Part shown: positions 27,143 to 37,504 of the stretch, in pieces
Layout: each line of letters begins with the position of its first letter
Numbering within the stretch: the stretch's first letter is position 1
Source of the DNA: Deltaproteobacteria bacterium
Lineage (GTDB): Bacteria; Myxococcota; Kuafuiibacteriia; Kuafuiibacteriales; Kuafuiibacteriaceae
Length of the DNA: 64,000 bases
Direction of reading: 5' to 3'
NCBI GenBank assembly: GCA_040218735.1
Contig: JAVJQW010000012.1
Coordinates: 224,001 to 288,000 of the forward strand
The notes under the pieces: generated by a model
Database searches by the model: none
The model's input: only the letters and a program-made list of their open reading frames with translations
Told to the model about the DNA's origin: nothing
Made by a program: the position numbers and the translations under genes

Positions 27143-28621
27143 CTAGAAATCGAAGCCTCGTTCACCCGCCAGGTACTTCTTCATCCGCAGCTTCTTCTGC
27201 GTGCTGTCGCTCGTCATGTAGCGCAGCTTCCCGAAGATCGGACGCTCGGGCCCCCACGGCCGATCGTAGCGGCCGAGGACCCAGAAGATTCCGCCGTAGG
27301 AGTTCGGGTCGCGACCATCCAACGCGTACTTGTTGTTGAGGTGCACCATGATCTCCAGCGCGCGCTCCGGGGTGGGGGACCACGCGTAGATTTTTTTCCC
27401 CCAGAGCATTCGCAGGTAGTTGTGCATCCTCCCGTCGCGCACGAGCTCGCGCTGCGCAGCGTTCCAGATCGGGTCGTCGGTCTCGGCGTTCTCCAGCGCT
27501 TCGAGACCGTAGACGTCCCGCGCGTCTTCGCGGTGATCGTCCATCGTCGCGCGCGCCCAATCCGGCAGGCTCTCGAAGTCGCGGTAGCCCGCCACGCGGT
27601 GCGCGGTGTGGTGCGTCAGCTCGCGCCACGTGATCAGCTCGTCGATGAACGCCTCGGCGCCTTCGCTCAACCCCCAGAAGCCGGTGCGCGAGGCGTTGGC
27701 CTTGCCGAGCTGGTCGGGGCTCCACTTCGCGCCCTCGACGATGTCCCCGAAGATCTCGTGGATGCCGATGTGCCCGAAGTGCAGGTACGGCGATAGGCGG
27801 CTCGCGCGGTCGTCGTCCGGGTGATTACGTCCCTCGGCGTAGGCTTCCAAGTCACGCTCGAAGAACTCACGCCACCGTCTCCGCGCAGCGTCCTGGCCGC
27901 CCTCGATCGGCACCACACCAACGTCGTGATCGATCGGCAACTCATCGAGGCGATCACCAGCGAGCATCGCGTCGTCGGCGCTCGGCCACTTCGAAGTCAC
28001 CTCGTCCGAGATCTCGGCGCCCCCTTCAACCTTCGCGCGGGTGGGTTGCGCCATGGGTCGGTGCATTACGAACGCACCCACGTTCTTCTGAATGTAGCGT
28101 CTGAAATCCACCGCACGACCGAAGGTCCGCTGCGCCGCGCGAAAGGGAACGAGCCCGCACGCATCGACGACCTCGAACCGCACGCCGGCCTTCTTCAGCT
28201 GCTTCGCCGCCGCCGGGAGCATGTGCGGGTGAAAGAACCCCGGCCAGTCGTCACCGATCACCGCGGCGGCGTCCTTCGCCATCGCCCGGAGCATCCCGGC
28301 GCCGGCCCCCGGTTTGGGCTCGACGTACGGGTAGTAGAGGATCGGACCGCCCGCGAACGACGCCTGATTCGCGCGCATCCCGTCGAGGACGAACTTGTGG
28401 TGGCGGTCACTCGCCCATTCGTAGCCGGCCCGCAGCCCCTCCATCACCACGATCGGGAGGCCGGTGTCCTTCGCGAGCTCGATGGCGCGATCGAGCGCGT
28501 CGTTGTGGCGCGTGCGCCGGTAGGCGGTCATCCAATACAGGATGTAACGGCCGCGGCTGGTGAGCGGTTCGTCGACGAGGACGCGGAGGCGATCGGCGGG
28601 CACGGTCACGACGTTGTTCAC
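27143..28621 (-). CDS. phrB: Deoxyribodipyrimidine photolyase (class II CPD type)
   Basis: YILYWM...R...N.AL, SRLSPYLHFG, FIDELITWREL, MHNYLRMLWGK, LDGRDPNSY, IFGKLRYM. Confidence 0.93.
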   Translation of the reverse strand: MNNVVTVPADRLRVLVDEPLTSRGRYILYWMTAYRRTRHNDALDRAIELAKDTGLPIVVMEGLRAGYEWASDRHHKFVLDGMRANQASFAGGPILYYPYVEPKPGAGAGMLRAMAKDAAAVIGDDWPGFFHPHMLPAAAKQLKKAGVRFEVVDACGLVPFRAAQRTFGRAVDFRRYIQKNVGAFVMHRPMAQPTRAKVEGGAEISDEVTSKWPSADDAMLAGDRLDELPIDHDVGVVPIEGGQDAARRRWREFFERDLEAYAEGRNHPDDDRASRLSPYLHFGHIGIHEIFGDIVEGAKWSPDQLGKANASRTGFWGLSEGAEAFIDELITWRELTHHTAHRVAGYRDFESLPDWARATMDDHREDARDVYGLEALENAETDDPIWNAAQRELVRDGRMHNYLRMLWGKKIYAWSPTPERALEIMVHLNNKYALDGRDPNSYGGIFWVLGRYDRPWGPERPIFGKLRYMTSDSTQKKLRMKKYLAGERGFDF

Positions 28622-28718
28622 CCACGGACGACCGCCGGGGTCGAGCCTCGATTTGATCGTCGTTCACGACGCACCGCGCCTTGTGCGCGACGAGAATCGT
28701 GGGTAACGACGGCAGACC

Positions 28719-30026
28719 ATGACGTTGATCGAAGCCCTCGCGGCCGAAGGCCTCACGGAGCTCGTGCTCTTGCGCCGCGGCGACGACTTCATCGCGACCG
28801 CGCGCCGCACCTTCGACGACGGACTCGATTTCGCCCGATTCAACCGCGACTTCGACACGGACACGATCGACCTCGCGACCCCTCGCGTCCTGCAGGACGG
28901 TGAGGTCCGAGCGATCGACGCGCTCGGCCCGACGCTCCAACACCTCGAAAACAGCCTGCACGCGGGCCGTCACCAGATGGTGGTGGTCAAGGTTCACGCG
29001 GGACTCGGCATCACCACAGCGCTCTTCGTCCACTCCTCCAAACTCGGCCGAAACAACGGCCTGCATGCGCTTCGCGCGGGTGGGTTCAGGCGCCACGAGC
29101 TCACCGAGGACGAGCTCGACGTACTCACCGATGGCGCCAACCTATCGCGCGCGATGTCCTACAAGAACGCAGCCGCCGACCTCCCGATGGGGGGATGCAA
29201 GATGACCGTGCACGCCGAACCCATCGCGCTCGACGACACGCAGCGCCTGGGTTTCCTCGCCTACACGATCGAGTCGGGCCGCTTCCTCACCGGACCGGAC
29301 ATGGGTTTCCTCCCCGACCACGCCGACGCGATGCGCGCGAAGTACACCCGCCACGTCACCGGTGGCGCCCGCGGCGTGCTGGGGCCGACCGGCACGCCCA
29401 CCGCGCTCGGGACGTTCCTCGCGATGAAGGAGGCGGCGGCCATCCACCTCGGCTCGGAAGATCTCACGGGCAAGGTCGTCGCGATCCAAGGTCTCGGCGC
29501 GGTCGGCTTCCCGCTCGCAAGGCATCTTGCAGAGGCGGGCGCGCGTCTCGTCGTCGCGGACCCGAGCGAGGCCGCGCTCATCCGCGCCCACGAAGAGTTC
29601 GGAGCGCTGGACGTCGTGGCGACCGACGCGATCCTCCAGACGAAGTGCGACGTCCTCGCGCCGTGCGCCTTCGGCGGCGTGCTCACCCCCGATACGATCG
29701 AGCAGCTCGACTGCGAGATGATCTACGGCTCCGCCAACAACCAGCTCGCCGCGACATCCAAGGAGCGTGAGCTCGAGCTCGCCGAGATGGTCGCGAAGCG
29801 CGGCATCCTGTTCCAGGTCGACTGGACGCACAACACGGCGGGCGTGATGTCGGGCTTCGAAGAGTACGTGCGCGGCCACGAGGCGCGCGCTTCTCACCTC
29901 CAGCCGCGCCTGGAGCGTGTGTGCCGTGACGGGACGCGCCGCATCCTCGAACGCGCGCGCGCCGAGGGGCGTACGCCGACCGCCGTCGCGTACGACGAAG
30001 TCGAAGCGCGCATCTACGACGACTGA
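28719..30026 (+). CDS. Glu/Leu/Phe/Val dehydrogenase family protein
   Basis: LSRAMSYKNAAADLPMGGCK, GPDMG, IQGLGAVG, APCAFGG, GSANNQL. Confidence 0.88.
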   Translation: MTLIEALAAEGLTELVLLRRGDDFIATARRTFDDGLDFARFNRDFDTDTIDLATPRVLQDGEVRAIDALGPTLQHLENSLHAGRHQMVVVKVHAGLGITTALFVHSSKLGRNNGLHALRAGGFRRHELTEDELDVLTDGANLSRAMSYKNAAADLPMGGCKMTVHAEPIALDDTQRLGFLAYTIESGRFLTGPDMGFLPDHADAMRAKYTRHVTGGARGVLGPTGTPTALGTFLAMKEAAAIHLGSEDLTGKVVAIQGLGAVGFPLARHLAEAGARLVVADPSEAALIRAHEEFGALDVVATDAILQTKCDVLAPCAFGGVLTPDTIEQLDCEMIYGSANNQLAATSKERELELAEMVAKRGILFQVDWTHNTAGVMSGFEEYVRGHEARASHLQPRLERVCRDGTRRILERARAEGRTPTAVAYDEVEARIYDD

Positions 30027-30889
30027 CGGCTCCGCACCACGAGCAGCAGCCCCACCACGATCAACACGAACCCGGCGAGCTGGTGCAGCCCGAGCGCTTC
30101 GCCGAGGAAGATCCGGGCGAACGTGGCGGCGAACATCGGCTGCATCGTGATGTACGTGGAGACGAGCGTCGGTGAAGAACGCCGAATCGCCCAGGTCACC
30201 AACGCGTAGTTGAGCGTCGTGGGGACGATCAGGATGTACGCGATACCGGCGTACGACAGCGGCGCGTAGCTCGTGAGATCCGTGGCGACGAGCGTGGGGC
30301 CCGCGACGACCAACACGCCGAGCCCGCCGAAGACATACGCCCACGCGGTGAGCGTCAGCGGCGGGACACGTTCGAGGACGGGTCGCTGCAGCACGACGAA
30401 CAGCGCGTAGCTCAGGCAGTTCAGCAGGACGAGGAGGTTGCCGACGGCGGTGTCGGAGTCGAGCTCGAACTGCGTCGGATCGACGAGCACGATGGCGCCG
30501 AGCGTCGCGCTCACGATGCCGAGCCCGCGCAGCCACGACAGGCGCTCGACGCGGAAGAGGATCGCGAGCGCCGCGGAGAACGCGGGGATCGCGGGCATGA
30601 GGATCGCGGCGTTCGTCGCGGTGGTGCGTTCGAGCCCGTGGATGAACAACAGCTGGTTCAGACACACACCGAACAGCCCGAGGTAACTCAGGTGCAAGAG
30701 GTCGCGCCACGCCGGTCGGTGGCGCTCGACGAACCACGCCGCGGCGAAGAGGATCGGCGCGGCGAACGACACCCGCAGCGCCGCGAGCACCATCGGATCG
30801 ACCTCGTGCAGGATGTGTTTTCCGAAGACGTGGAACGCCGCGAACGACGCCTGCACGAAGACGAGTACGGCGTGAACGGAGCGACGCAT
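30014..30889 (-). CDS. DMT/EamA family transporter
   Basis: About 10 TM helices in two repeats; GLERTTATNAAIL, MQPMFA...LGE. Confidence 0.9.
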   Translation of the reverse strand: MRRSVHAVLVFVQASFAAFHVFGKHILHEVDPMVLAALRVSFAAPILFAAAWFVERHRPAWRDLLHLSYLGLFGVCLNQLLFIHGLERTTATNAAILMPAIPAFSAALAILFRVERLSWLRGLGIVSATLGAIVLVDPTQFELDSDTAVGNLLVLLNCLSYALFVVLQRPVLERVPPLTLTAWAYVFGGLGVLVVAGPTLVATDLTSYAPLSYAGIAYILIVPTTLNYALVTWAIRRSSPTLVSTYITMQPMFAATFARIFLGEALGLHQLAGFVLIVVGLLLVVRSRQSS

Positions 30890-30965
30890 CGGTCACGTTG
30901 GCGCATGCCACGGCGCGCGCCCGATGGTCGACCTCGCCCGGCCGACACGTGTAGGGTCGCGCCGA

Positions 30966-32270
30966 ATGCGAATCGCCGTCACCGGAGGCGCCGGGCAGCT
31001 CGGGACCCTCGTCCTCGAGCGTTTGATCGAACGCGACGACGTGGAGTCGATCGTGTGCCTCGATCTGACGCCACCTTCCGTGGTCGCCGACCACCTCACG
31101 TTCGTCCAGGCCGACGTCCGCGACGAAGACTTTGGTCGTCACCTCGAAGGGATCGACGGGCTGTTCCACTTCGCGTTCATCGTCACGCAACGCGTCGAGC
31201 CCGGCGTGTTCGACGCCGTGAACGTCGAAGGCAGCAAGAACGTCTTCATCGCGGGCGCGAAGGCCGGCGTGAAGCGCTTCGTGTACGCGTCGTCGATCGC
31301 GCAGTACGGCATCGTGCCCGGACACCCCGAGCCGATCGTCGAGGACACACCCCGCCGACTGCAGAGCGACTTCCCGTACTCGGCGGCGAAGTACCGCGTG
31401 GAGATGTTCCTCGACGACTTCGTGGGCGAGCACCCCGAGCTGAAGGTCGGGCGCCTGCGCCCCGCGATCCTCCTCGGCACCCACATGCAGAACCCGGGCG
31501 CCAAGCTGTTGGGCCGGATGCTCGATCGCGGGTGGATGATCGACAGCGGCACCGGCGTCCCGATGCCGCTGGTCTGGGACGAGGACGTCGCCGACGCCGC
31601 CGTCACGATCCTCTTCGACGGGCACCACGGCCCGTTCAACCTCGGCGCCGACGAACCGCGGACGCCCTCCGAGATCGCCGACGCCTGCGGGCTGTCGCCG
31701 GTGGAGCCGCCCGCGCTCCTCATGAAGGCGATGGACGTCGTCGGCCCGGCGCTGGAGCGACTGGGGATCGGCGAGGCGGTGGACCCTTCGTGGAAGCGCG
31801 AGTCGAGCGCCCGCGTGGTGATGTCGAGCGCGAAGGCCGTCGAGACCCTCGGTTGGGATCGGCGCTGTCCCACGACGGTGAGCGTAGTGCAGCGTTACCT
31901 CGACGAAGCGCACGGAAGGACCAACCCGCGCGTCGAGGCGTTCCTCCGGCTCGCCGCCGTCGGAAGGGTCGGCGGCGCCGACCTCGGGCCCGTGCACCTG
32001 AGCCTCACGGGTCGAGGTGGCGGCGACTGGATCCTGTCGCGCACGGCGGGCCGCGTCGACGTGCAACGTGGCTTGCCGCGCCCGCCAAAGGGGGCGGTGC
32101 GTCTGACGACCGAGGCGTTCGTCGCCCGCATCGCCGACGCCGCGCGCCGCGCCGCGTTCTCACCCGACGAAGTCACGGCGCGTGGTGAAGGTGGGTTGGA
32201 GCTGCTGAACGCGCTCCTCGATCACGGGACCTCGTCGCGCTTCGGCGGGTGGCTGCGACGCCTCGCCTGA
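30966..32270 (+). CDS. NAD-dependent epimerase/dehydratase (extended SDR) with a C-terminal SCP2-like domain
   Basis: MRIAVTGGAGQLG, NVEGS, YASSIAQYG, YSAAK; C-terminal LTGRGGGDW...VTARGE. Confidence 0.8.
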   Translation: MRIAVTGGAGQLGTLVLERLIERDDVESIVCLDLTPPSVVADHLTFVQADVRDEDFGRHLEGIDGLFHFAFIVTQRVEPGVFDAVNVEGSKNVFIAGAKAGVKRFVYASSIAQYGIVPGHPEPIVEDTPRRLQSDFPYSAAKYRVEMFLDDFVGEHPELKVGRLRPAILLGTHMQNPGAKLLGRMLDRGWMIDSGTGVPMPLVWDEDVADAAVTILFDGHHGPFNLGADEPRTPSEIADACGLSPVEPPALLMKAMDVVGPALERLGIGEAVDPSWKRESSARVVMSSAKAVETLGWDRRCPTTVSVVQRYLDEAHGRTNPRVEAFLRLAAVGRVGGADLGPVHLSLTGRGGGDWILSRTAGRVDVQRGLPRPPKGAVRLTTEAFVARIADAARRAAFSPDEVTARGEGGLELLNALLDHGTSSRFGGWLRRLA

Positions 32271-32273
32271 GCC

Positions 32274-32831
32274 TCACACGTCCTCGATCGGTGGCCTTCG
32301 ATCGACGGGCAGCGCGCGGTGACGCTCCCAAGCCGCCCGCGCCTGCGCAGCGGTGCCGCCGGGGTGCGCCGCGTGCCAAGCCTTGGTGAAGCGGTTGAAT
32401 TCGAGGCTCTCGGATTGCGCGGGGAGCTCCGTGCCGCGCGTCGCGTGCCAGTGCTCGACGGCGTCCGACAGAGTCGCGCCCGGCGGCGGGTCGCGGAGGA
32501 ACGCGCGCATGTGCCCGTCGAACTTGAACGCTGCGCCGATTTGCTCCTCGAAGAAACGTCGTAGCGTCTGCGTCGAACGCTGCCTTGCGAGGATCGGCGA
32601 AGCGAGGGTCGGCGAAGTGATGGCCGACCGAGGGCGCGCGTTGGGCTCGGGGGCAGGCGCCGGACGTCCGCCCAGGCGCGCCGCGATGCGGGCGGTGAGC
32701 GCAGCCTTCGGGCCGCTCGCGGACACCCCCAGGCTGCGCGCAAAGGGTTGAAGCTCCGCCATCGTCCAGTACCAGCGGAGGAGCTCGGCCTCCGACAGCC
32801 GTGCGCTGAGCTCGGGTCGTGCCTCGTTCAT
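32274..32831 (-). CDS. SAP-like/DUF6434 family protein
   Basis: Start ATG 32831 (ATGA overlap with the acylase); RWYWTMAELQPFARSLG...GPKAAL, LRRFFEEQIGAAFKF, EFNRF. Confidence 0.75.
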   Translation of the reverse strand: MNEARPELSARLSEAELLRWYWTMAELQPFARSLGVSASGPKAALTARIAARLGGRPAPAPEPNARPRSAITSPTLASPILARQRSTQTLRRFFEEQIGAAFKFDGHMRAFLRDPPPGATLSDAVEHWHATRGTELPAQSESLEFNRFTKAWHAAHPGGTAAQARAAWERHRALPVDRRPPIEDV

Positions 32832-35155
32832 CGCTCTGCGAAGAACCACTCGGTGCCGTCGTCGAACACGTTCAGCCGTTGGTCCGCGTGATACCGCGCC
32901 GCGAGATCGTCGTAATGCGGTGAGAACGGGTGCCCCGACTGACCGACCGGCGTGATCCACGTGCTGGCCTGCGGATTCATGAGGTCCCAGACCATGCGCG
33001 TCGACGCGCCGAACTTCGGCCGCTCCACGCGCGGAACCGATGACCACCCGACCTGCTCGCGCTCCTCGATCGCGAACCAGTCCCCGACGACGGGGACGCG
33101 ACCGACGAATGCGTGCTGCGCCTTCCAGCGGTTCATCTTCGGGTAGGGCTCGTAGTCGGCCTCCGCGATCGTCGCGACGACCTGCGTGGCGAGGTCGGCG
33201 TCGGTGAAGCCGAAGACGTCGAAGCCCTGCTCCATCGCGGTCAACATCCACGCGCTGTCGAGGCGCGCACGGTAGGGGAGCGCGTCCGGAGACGTGCCAC
33301 CGAGGAGCGCCTTGCGCACGCGGCCGAGGCACACCTGGAGCACGAGGCGCTCTGCTTCGATCGCCTCGGTGAACGTCTCGACGTCGGCCTTCGCGTCGCC
33401 GCCCCACTTCGTCCACCGCGCGAGCATCTGCTCGGCCTCGTCGCTGTCGGGCTTGGCGTGGGCGACGAGCCAGTCGAGGAGGATCTTGTGGTAGCGGCTG
33501 TTCGTGTCCATCTGCAGCGCCTCCATCTCCTCGCGTTTGAAGCGCTTCTTGCTCGCGAGCACCGTGCGGATGCGGTCCTTGCGGAGGTCCTCCGTCCACT
33601 TCTGCCCGTGCGGATCGACCCAGATGCGTTCGTTTGCGGTGGCGATGAAACGGGGCTCCTCGGGGCCCGCTTCCTTCACGTAGATCTGCATGCGCGGACG
33701 CGCAGACGCCGGTTCGTACCCCTGCCAATCCCCGTCGAGCGCCGAGCGCGGGAAGCGGCCCGACTTCGACCGTACGATGCCCGTCCCGCTCGCGCGGTAG
33801 CCCATGTTCCCGAGTCGATCGACGACCAGGACGTTCTGCGCCGGCACGCGCATCCCGTCGAGCGCGGCCATCATTTCGTCCCAGCTCTTCGCGCGGTTCG
33901 TGTCGAACGAGGGGACGGCCAACCCCGGCTGGAGCGGGAGCCAGCGACGCGCGTAGACGCGGTCGCCGAGGTAGTCGCGCTTCGCGATCGGGCCGCGTGA
34001 AGTGTGGCGCGAGGTGACTTCGACCGGCGCGCCGTCCTTCACCTGGATGACGTGTTTCTTCTCGATGACCGGCGCCCAGATCTTCTCACCGTCGTCGATC
34101 CGTTCGACGTACTGCTTGCCGTCGTCGGAGAGCTCCTCGAGGAGGTAGTCGTCGACGTCTTCGCCGACGTTGGTGAACGCCCACGCGAGGTACGCGTTCA
34201 TGCCGAGCACCACGCCGGGCGCGCCGGGGATCGACACGCCGACCGCCCACTCGTCCTTGTCGACGCGCAGCCGGTTCAGGAACCACAGGTGCGGGACACT
34301 CGCGGCGAGGTGCGGATCGTTCGCGAGGTAGCAGTCCTTGCCGCCGCACCACGCCCAGCTGTTGCTCGCGCCCCAGCCCGCGACGTCTTCGTCGTAGAGG
34401 CCCGCGAGGCGTGCTCGTTCGGTGGTGTCGAGGCGCGCGAGCTCCCTCTCTTCGATCGGCGCGGCGGGCAGCGGCGTCGCGGGCATCGCCGGTCCGCTTC
34501 GATCGGGGGTGCCGAACAGCGGCTCGTTCCAGGGGTGGTCGACCGGGAAGAGGAAGTCGAACCACGCGTCGCCGAGACCTTCGGACCACCGTTGGCGCAG
34601 CGCCTCGCCGGGCGCGGCGGTCGCGAGCTGCTCGCTCATGAGGATGGTGATGAAGAGGGTGTCCTCGACCTTCCACGGCTCCGGGTCGACGCCGAGGAGG
34701 AGGTACTCGAGCGAGACGCGGCCGTCGTAGTCCTGAAGGAAGCGGTTCACACCGCGCGCGTAGGCTTCGAGGAGCTCGCGTTCCTTCGGTTCGAGGCGTT
34801 TCTCGGCTTCGGCGACGACGCCGGGCCAGTCTTCGAGGCGCCGACCTTCGTCGAGCGGGACGGCCTTTGCGCCGTACAGCTCCGCGACGCGGCCCGCGGA
34901 GAAGCGGCGGATCATGTCCATGTGGAAGAAGCGCTGCGACGCGGTGACGTAGCCCTGCGCTTCGACGACGGCGGGCCACGAGTCGGCGTCGATCGTGGGG
35001 ATGCCGAAGTCGTCGATCCGAACCTTCGCGCCTTCGTAGGCTTCGAGCGCGTCCGGCGAGGCGCCTTGGTTGCGGACGAGCCAGTACAGACCGACGCCGA
35101 CGACGAGGAGGAGGACGACGACCAGGCCGAGGCCGCGGAGGAGCCAACGCTTCAC
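32828..35155 (-). CDS. Penicillin acylase family Ntn-hydrolase (peptidase S45)
   Basis: DDFGIPTI, AQGY...RFFHMD, autoprocessing ASNSW, LANDPHL, GQSGHPFSPHYDD; N-terminal TM. Confidence 0.93.
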   Translation of the reverse strand: MKRWLLRGLGLVVVLLLVVGVGLYWLVRNQGASPDALEAYEGAKVRIDDFGIPTIDADSWPAVVEAQGYVTASQRFFHMDMIRRFSAGRVAELYGAKAVPLDEGRRLEDWPGVVAEAEKRLEPKERELLEAYARGVNRFLQDYDGRVSLEYLLLGVDPEPWKVEDTLFITILMSEQLATAAPGEALRQRWSEGLGDAWFDFLFPVDHPWNEPLFGTPDRSGPAMPATPLPAAPIEERELARLDTTERARLAGLYDEDVAGWGASNSWAWCGGKDCYLANDPHLAASVPHLWFLNRLRVDKDEWAVGVSIPGAPGVVLGMNAYLAWAFTNVGEDVDDYLLEELSDDGKQYVERIDDGEKIWAPVIEKKHVIQVKDGAPVEVTSRHTSRGPIAKRDYLGDRVYARRWLPLQPGLAVPSFDTNRAKSWDEMMAALDGMRVPAQNVLVVDRLGNMGYRASGTGIVRSKSGRFPRSALDGDWQGYEPASARPRMQIYVKEAGPEEPRFIATANERIWVDPHGQKWTEDLRKDRIRTVLASKKRFKREEMEALQMDTNSRYHKILLDWLVAHAKPDSDEAEQMLARWTKWGGDAKADVETFTEAIEAERLVLQVCLGRVRKALLGGTSPDALPYRARLDSAWMLTAMEQGFDVFGFTDADLATQVVATIAEADYEPYPKMNRWKAQHAFVGRVPVVGDWFAIEEREQVGWSSVPRVERPKFGASTRMVWDLMNPQASTWITPVGQSGHPFSPHYDDLAARYHADQRLNVFDDGTEWFFAER

Positions 35156-35192
35156 GCCGGGTGCTTTCGCTCATCCGGAGGAAGAACGCCAA

Positions 35193-36272
35193 GTGGGAAC
35201 CGCGGTCGGGCTCGACATCCGGGGCACGAATCACGAGGATCCCCACGCGGTGGGCGGGCACTGGATTCGAGCGGCCGCGAGCTGGTCGGTGCTCGACGCC
35301 GCGAAGGCGCGGGGCTTCGAGCCGGCGGACATCCTCGCGCGTGCGCAGCGTGAGGCGCCGCCCGAGGACCTCCGAGCGATGATCCCGCTCGAGCTCCACT
35401 TCGCGATCTGGACGGCCGCGATCAAACTGATCGACGACCCGGGCTTCGTCGTCGACGTGGGCACCACCGTCACGCACGAGAACTTCGAGGTCGTCGGCCT
35501 CGCGGCGCGGGCCGCGCCAGATCTCGAACACGCGCTCCGGGTGATGCAGCGGTTCGGGCACGTCTATTCGAACGACAACGGCTTCGAGATCGACGCCGAC
35601 CCGCGCGGTCTGTGGGGCTACATGCCGCCGAGCGGTGCCCTCCCCCTCGCGGCGCGGTGTGCGACGGAGGCGATCGTCGTACAGGTCGTGCACGTGGCGC
35701 GTTCGTTGGTGCAGGCCGAGTTCCGCCCGCTGGAGGTCACGTTGCGCCACCGCGCGCCGGCGTCCACGGCGCGGCTCGACGCGTTCTTCGGTGTGTCCCC
35801 GCGCTTCGAGACGCCGCGCACCGCCATCCTGTTTGCGGTCGAGGATCTCACCCGCCCGATCGCGACGGCGGACGCGTTGCTGCACCAGGTCCTCCTCCGC
35901 CAGGCCGAGGCGGAGCTACAGCAGCTCCCCCGTGACGAGACGTTCACCGCGCGCGTCGCCGACGCCGTGCAGCGACTCCTCCCCTCCGGGGACGTGTCGA
36001 TCGCGACGGTCAGCCGGCAGCTCGCCTGCTCCGAGCGCACGTTGCGACGCCGACTCGGGCAGGAAGACACGAAGTTCTCGGGCGTCGTGGACGAGGTGCG
36101 TCGTTCCCTCGCCGCGCGTTACCTCGACGACGAGCGCCTCGCGGTCGAGGAGGTCGCCGTCCTCGTCGGCTTCTCCGACGCGCGCGCGTTCCGTCGCGCG
36201 TACGTCCGCTGGACGGGCGAGAGCCCCGGCGACCGACGCAGCGCAGCGCGATCGCGGTCACGCGGGTCCTGA
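35193..36272 (+). CDS. AraC family transcriptional regulator (OruR-like); start 35193 or 35250
   Basis: C-terminal double HTH SERTLRRRL...VAVLVGFSDARAFRRAYVRWTGESP. Confidence 0.9.
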   Translation: MGTAVGLDIRGTNHEDPHAVGGHWIRAAASWSVLDAAKARGFEPADILARAQREAPPEDLRAMIPLELHFAIWTAAIKLIDDPGFVVDVGTTVTHENFEVVGLAARAAPDLEHALRVMQRFGHVYSNDNGFEIDADPRGLWGYMPPSGALPLAARCATEAIVVQVVHVARSLVQAEFRPLEVTLRHRAPASTARLDAFFGVSPRFETPRTAILFAVEDLTRPIATADALLHQVLLRQAEAELQQLPRDETFTARVADAVQRLLPSGDVSIATVSRQLACSERTLRRRLGQEDTKFSGVVDEVRRSLAARYLDDERLAVEEVAVLVGFSDARAFRRAYVRWTGESPGDRRSAARSRSRGS

Positions 36273-36275
36273 GTC

Positions 36276-36312
36276 TGGCCGTTTGGGTCCGGTCCTTTGG
36301 CCGGTTCGGTCC
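36276..36312 (+). promoter_or_regulatory. Direct-repeat AraC-type binding site candidate
   Basis: TGGCCGTTTGGGTCC (36276) and TGGCCGGTTCGGTCC (36298), 22-bp period, between araC and the peroxidase gene. Confidence 0.55.
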
Positions 36313-36348
36313 GCGCCCCGCGACGACGCGCGCTCCACCATCGACGGC

Positions 36349-37278
36349 GTGAAGCACTACGAAGTCGCTTTGTTGATCCTCGCGAGCGGTGCGTGCCGCG
36401 GCATCGAGCCGATCGAGGCGCCGGGCCCCCTGGACGAGGTCGGCGCCGCGCGCGTCGCGCTCGGCCACCGGCTCTTCTTCGATCCGGCGCTCTCCGCCGA
36501 CGACGCGACCCCCTGCGCCGCCTGCCACCAGCCCGACGCCGGCGGCGCCGAGCCGCGCGCCGTCTCGGAGGGGGTCGGCGGAGCGCTGGGACGCCGCAAC
36601 GCACCGTCCGTGTTCAACGCGAGCCTCAAGTTCGCGCAGTTCTGGGACGGGCGCGAGGCCGAGCTCGACGCCCAGGCGCTCGGCCCGCTCTACGCGGCGG
36701 ACGAGATGGGCCTCGACGCCGAACGCCTCGTCGCCCGCCTCGCGAGTTACCAGGCGGAGTTCGCGCGTGCGTTCCCGAGCGAGGCCGCACCGCTCACGCC
36801 GAAGAACGTCGCGTTGGCTTTGGCGGCCTACGAGCGCCGCCTCGCCTGGCCGGGCCGCATCGACCGTTACCTCGCCGGCGACGAAGCCGCGCTCACGGCA
36901 GCCGAGCGCGCCGGCTACGACTACTTCGCGGGCAACTGTGCCTTCTGCCACGACGGCCCCGGCATCGGCGGCCAGCGCATCGAGCGCCTCGGCGATCGTG
37001 TCCCCTGGCCCGAGTCCCGCGCGCAAGACCGCGGTCGCCGCGAAGTCACGAACGACGAGGACGACGACCTGAAGTTCGTCGTCCCGAGCCTACGGAACGT
37101 CGGCCGCACGGCGCCCTACTTCCACGACGGCAGCGTCGAGACCCTCGACGAAGCGGTGCGCCTCATGGCGAAGCACCAGCTCGACACCGAGATGACGGAC
37201 CGGGAGGTCGAGGAGGTCGTCGCCTTCCTCGAAGCCCTCGAGGGCGAGGCCCCGGTAGAGCTCGTCGAGGCGCCATAG
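36349..37278 (+). CDS. Di-heme cytochrome c peroxidase (CCP/MauG family) lipoprotein
   Basis: GTG 36349, lipobox SGAC; [47 protein letters not shown]. Confidence 0.92.
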   Translation: MKHYEVALLILASGACRGIEPIEAPGPLDEVGAARVALGHRLFFDPALSADDATPCAACHQPDAGGAEPRAVSEGVGGALGRRNAPSVFNASLKFAQFWDGREAELDAQALGPLYAADEMGLDAERLVARLASYQAEFARAFPSEAAPLTPKNVALALAAYERRLAWPGRIDRYLAGDEAALTAAERAGYDYFAGNCAFCHDGPGIGGQRIERLGDRVPWPESRAQDRGRREVTNDEDDDLKFVVPSLRNVGRTAPYFHDGSVETLDEAVRLMAKHQLDTEMTDREVEEVVAFLEALEGEAPVELVEAP

Positions 37279-37282
37279 CCAA

Positions 37283-37494
37283 GCGAACCGCGACGGCGGA
37301 GCCGGCCGCCCCGCAAACCCGGGCGCCGTAGCCCATGGCGGACCGCGAGAGTGAAGGCCGGTGCCGGCCGCCCGCGAAGATGAGCGCCCTGGCCCGAGGC
37401 GGACCGCGAACGTGGACGACGGTGCCGCCCCGCGAACGAAGCGCCGGAGCTCGAGGCGGACCGCGAACGTGGACGACGGCGCCCGCCGCCTCGC
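37283..37494. repeat. Array of 3-4 REP-like imperfect palindromes (period about 57-61 bp)
   Basis: CGAGGCGGACCGCGAACGTGGACGACGG is identical at 37395-37422 and 37452-37479, with degenerate copies near 37337 and 37283; units fold as GGCGG-ACCG-loop-CGGT-CCGCC. Confidence 0.75.
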
Positions 37495-37504
37495 GGAGCC
37501 GGCG

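Noticed and set aside
37337-37494. Possible CRISPR mini-array
   Set aside because: Only two identical 28-bp repeats, the intervening sequences resemble each other, no AT-rich leader or cas genes; better explained as REP-like units
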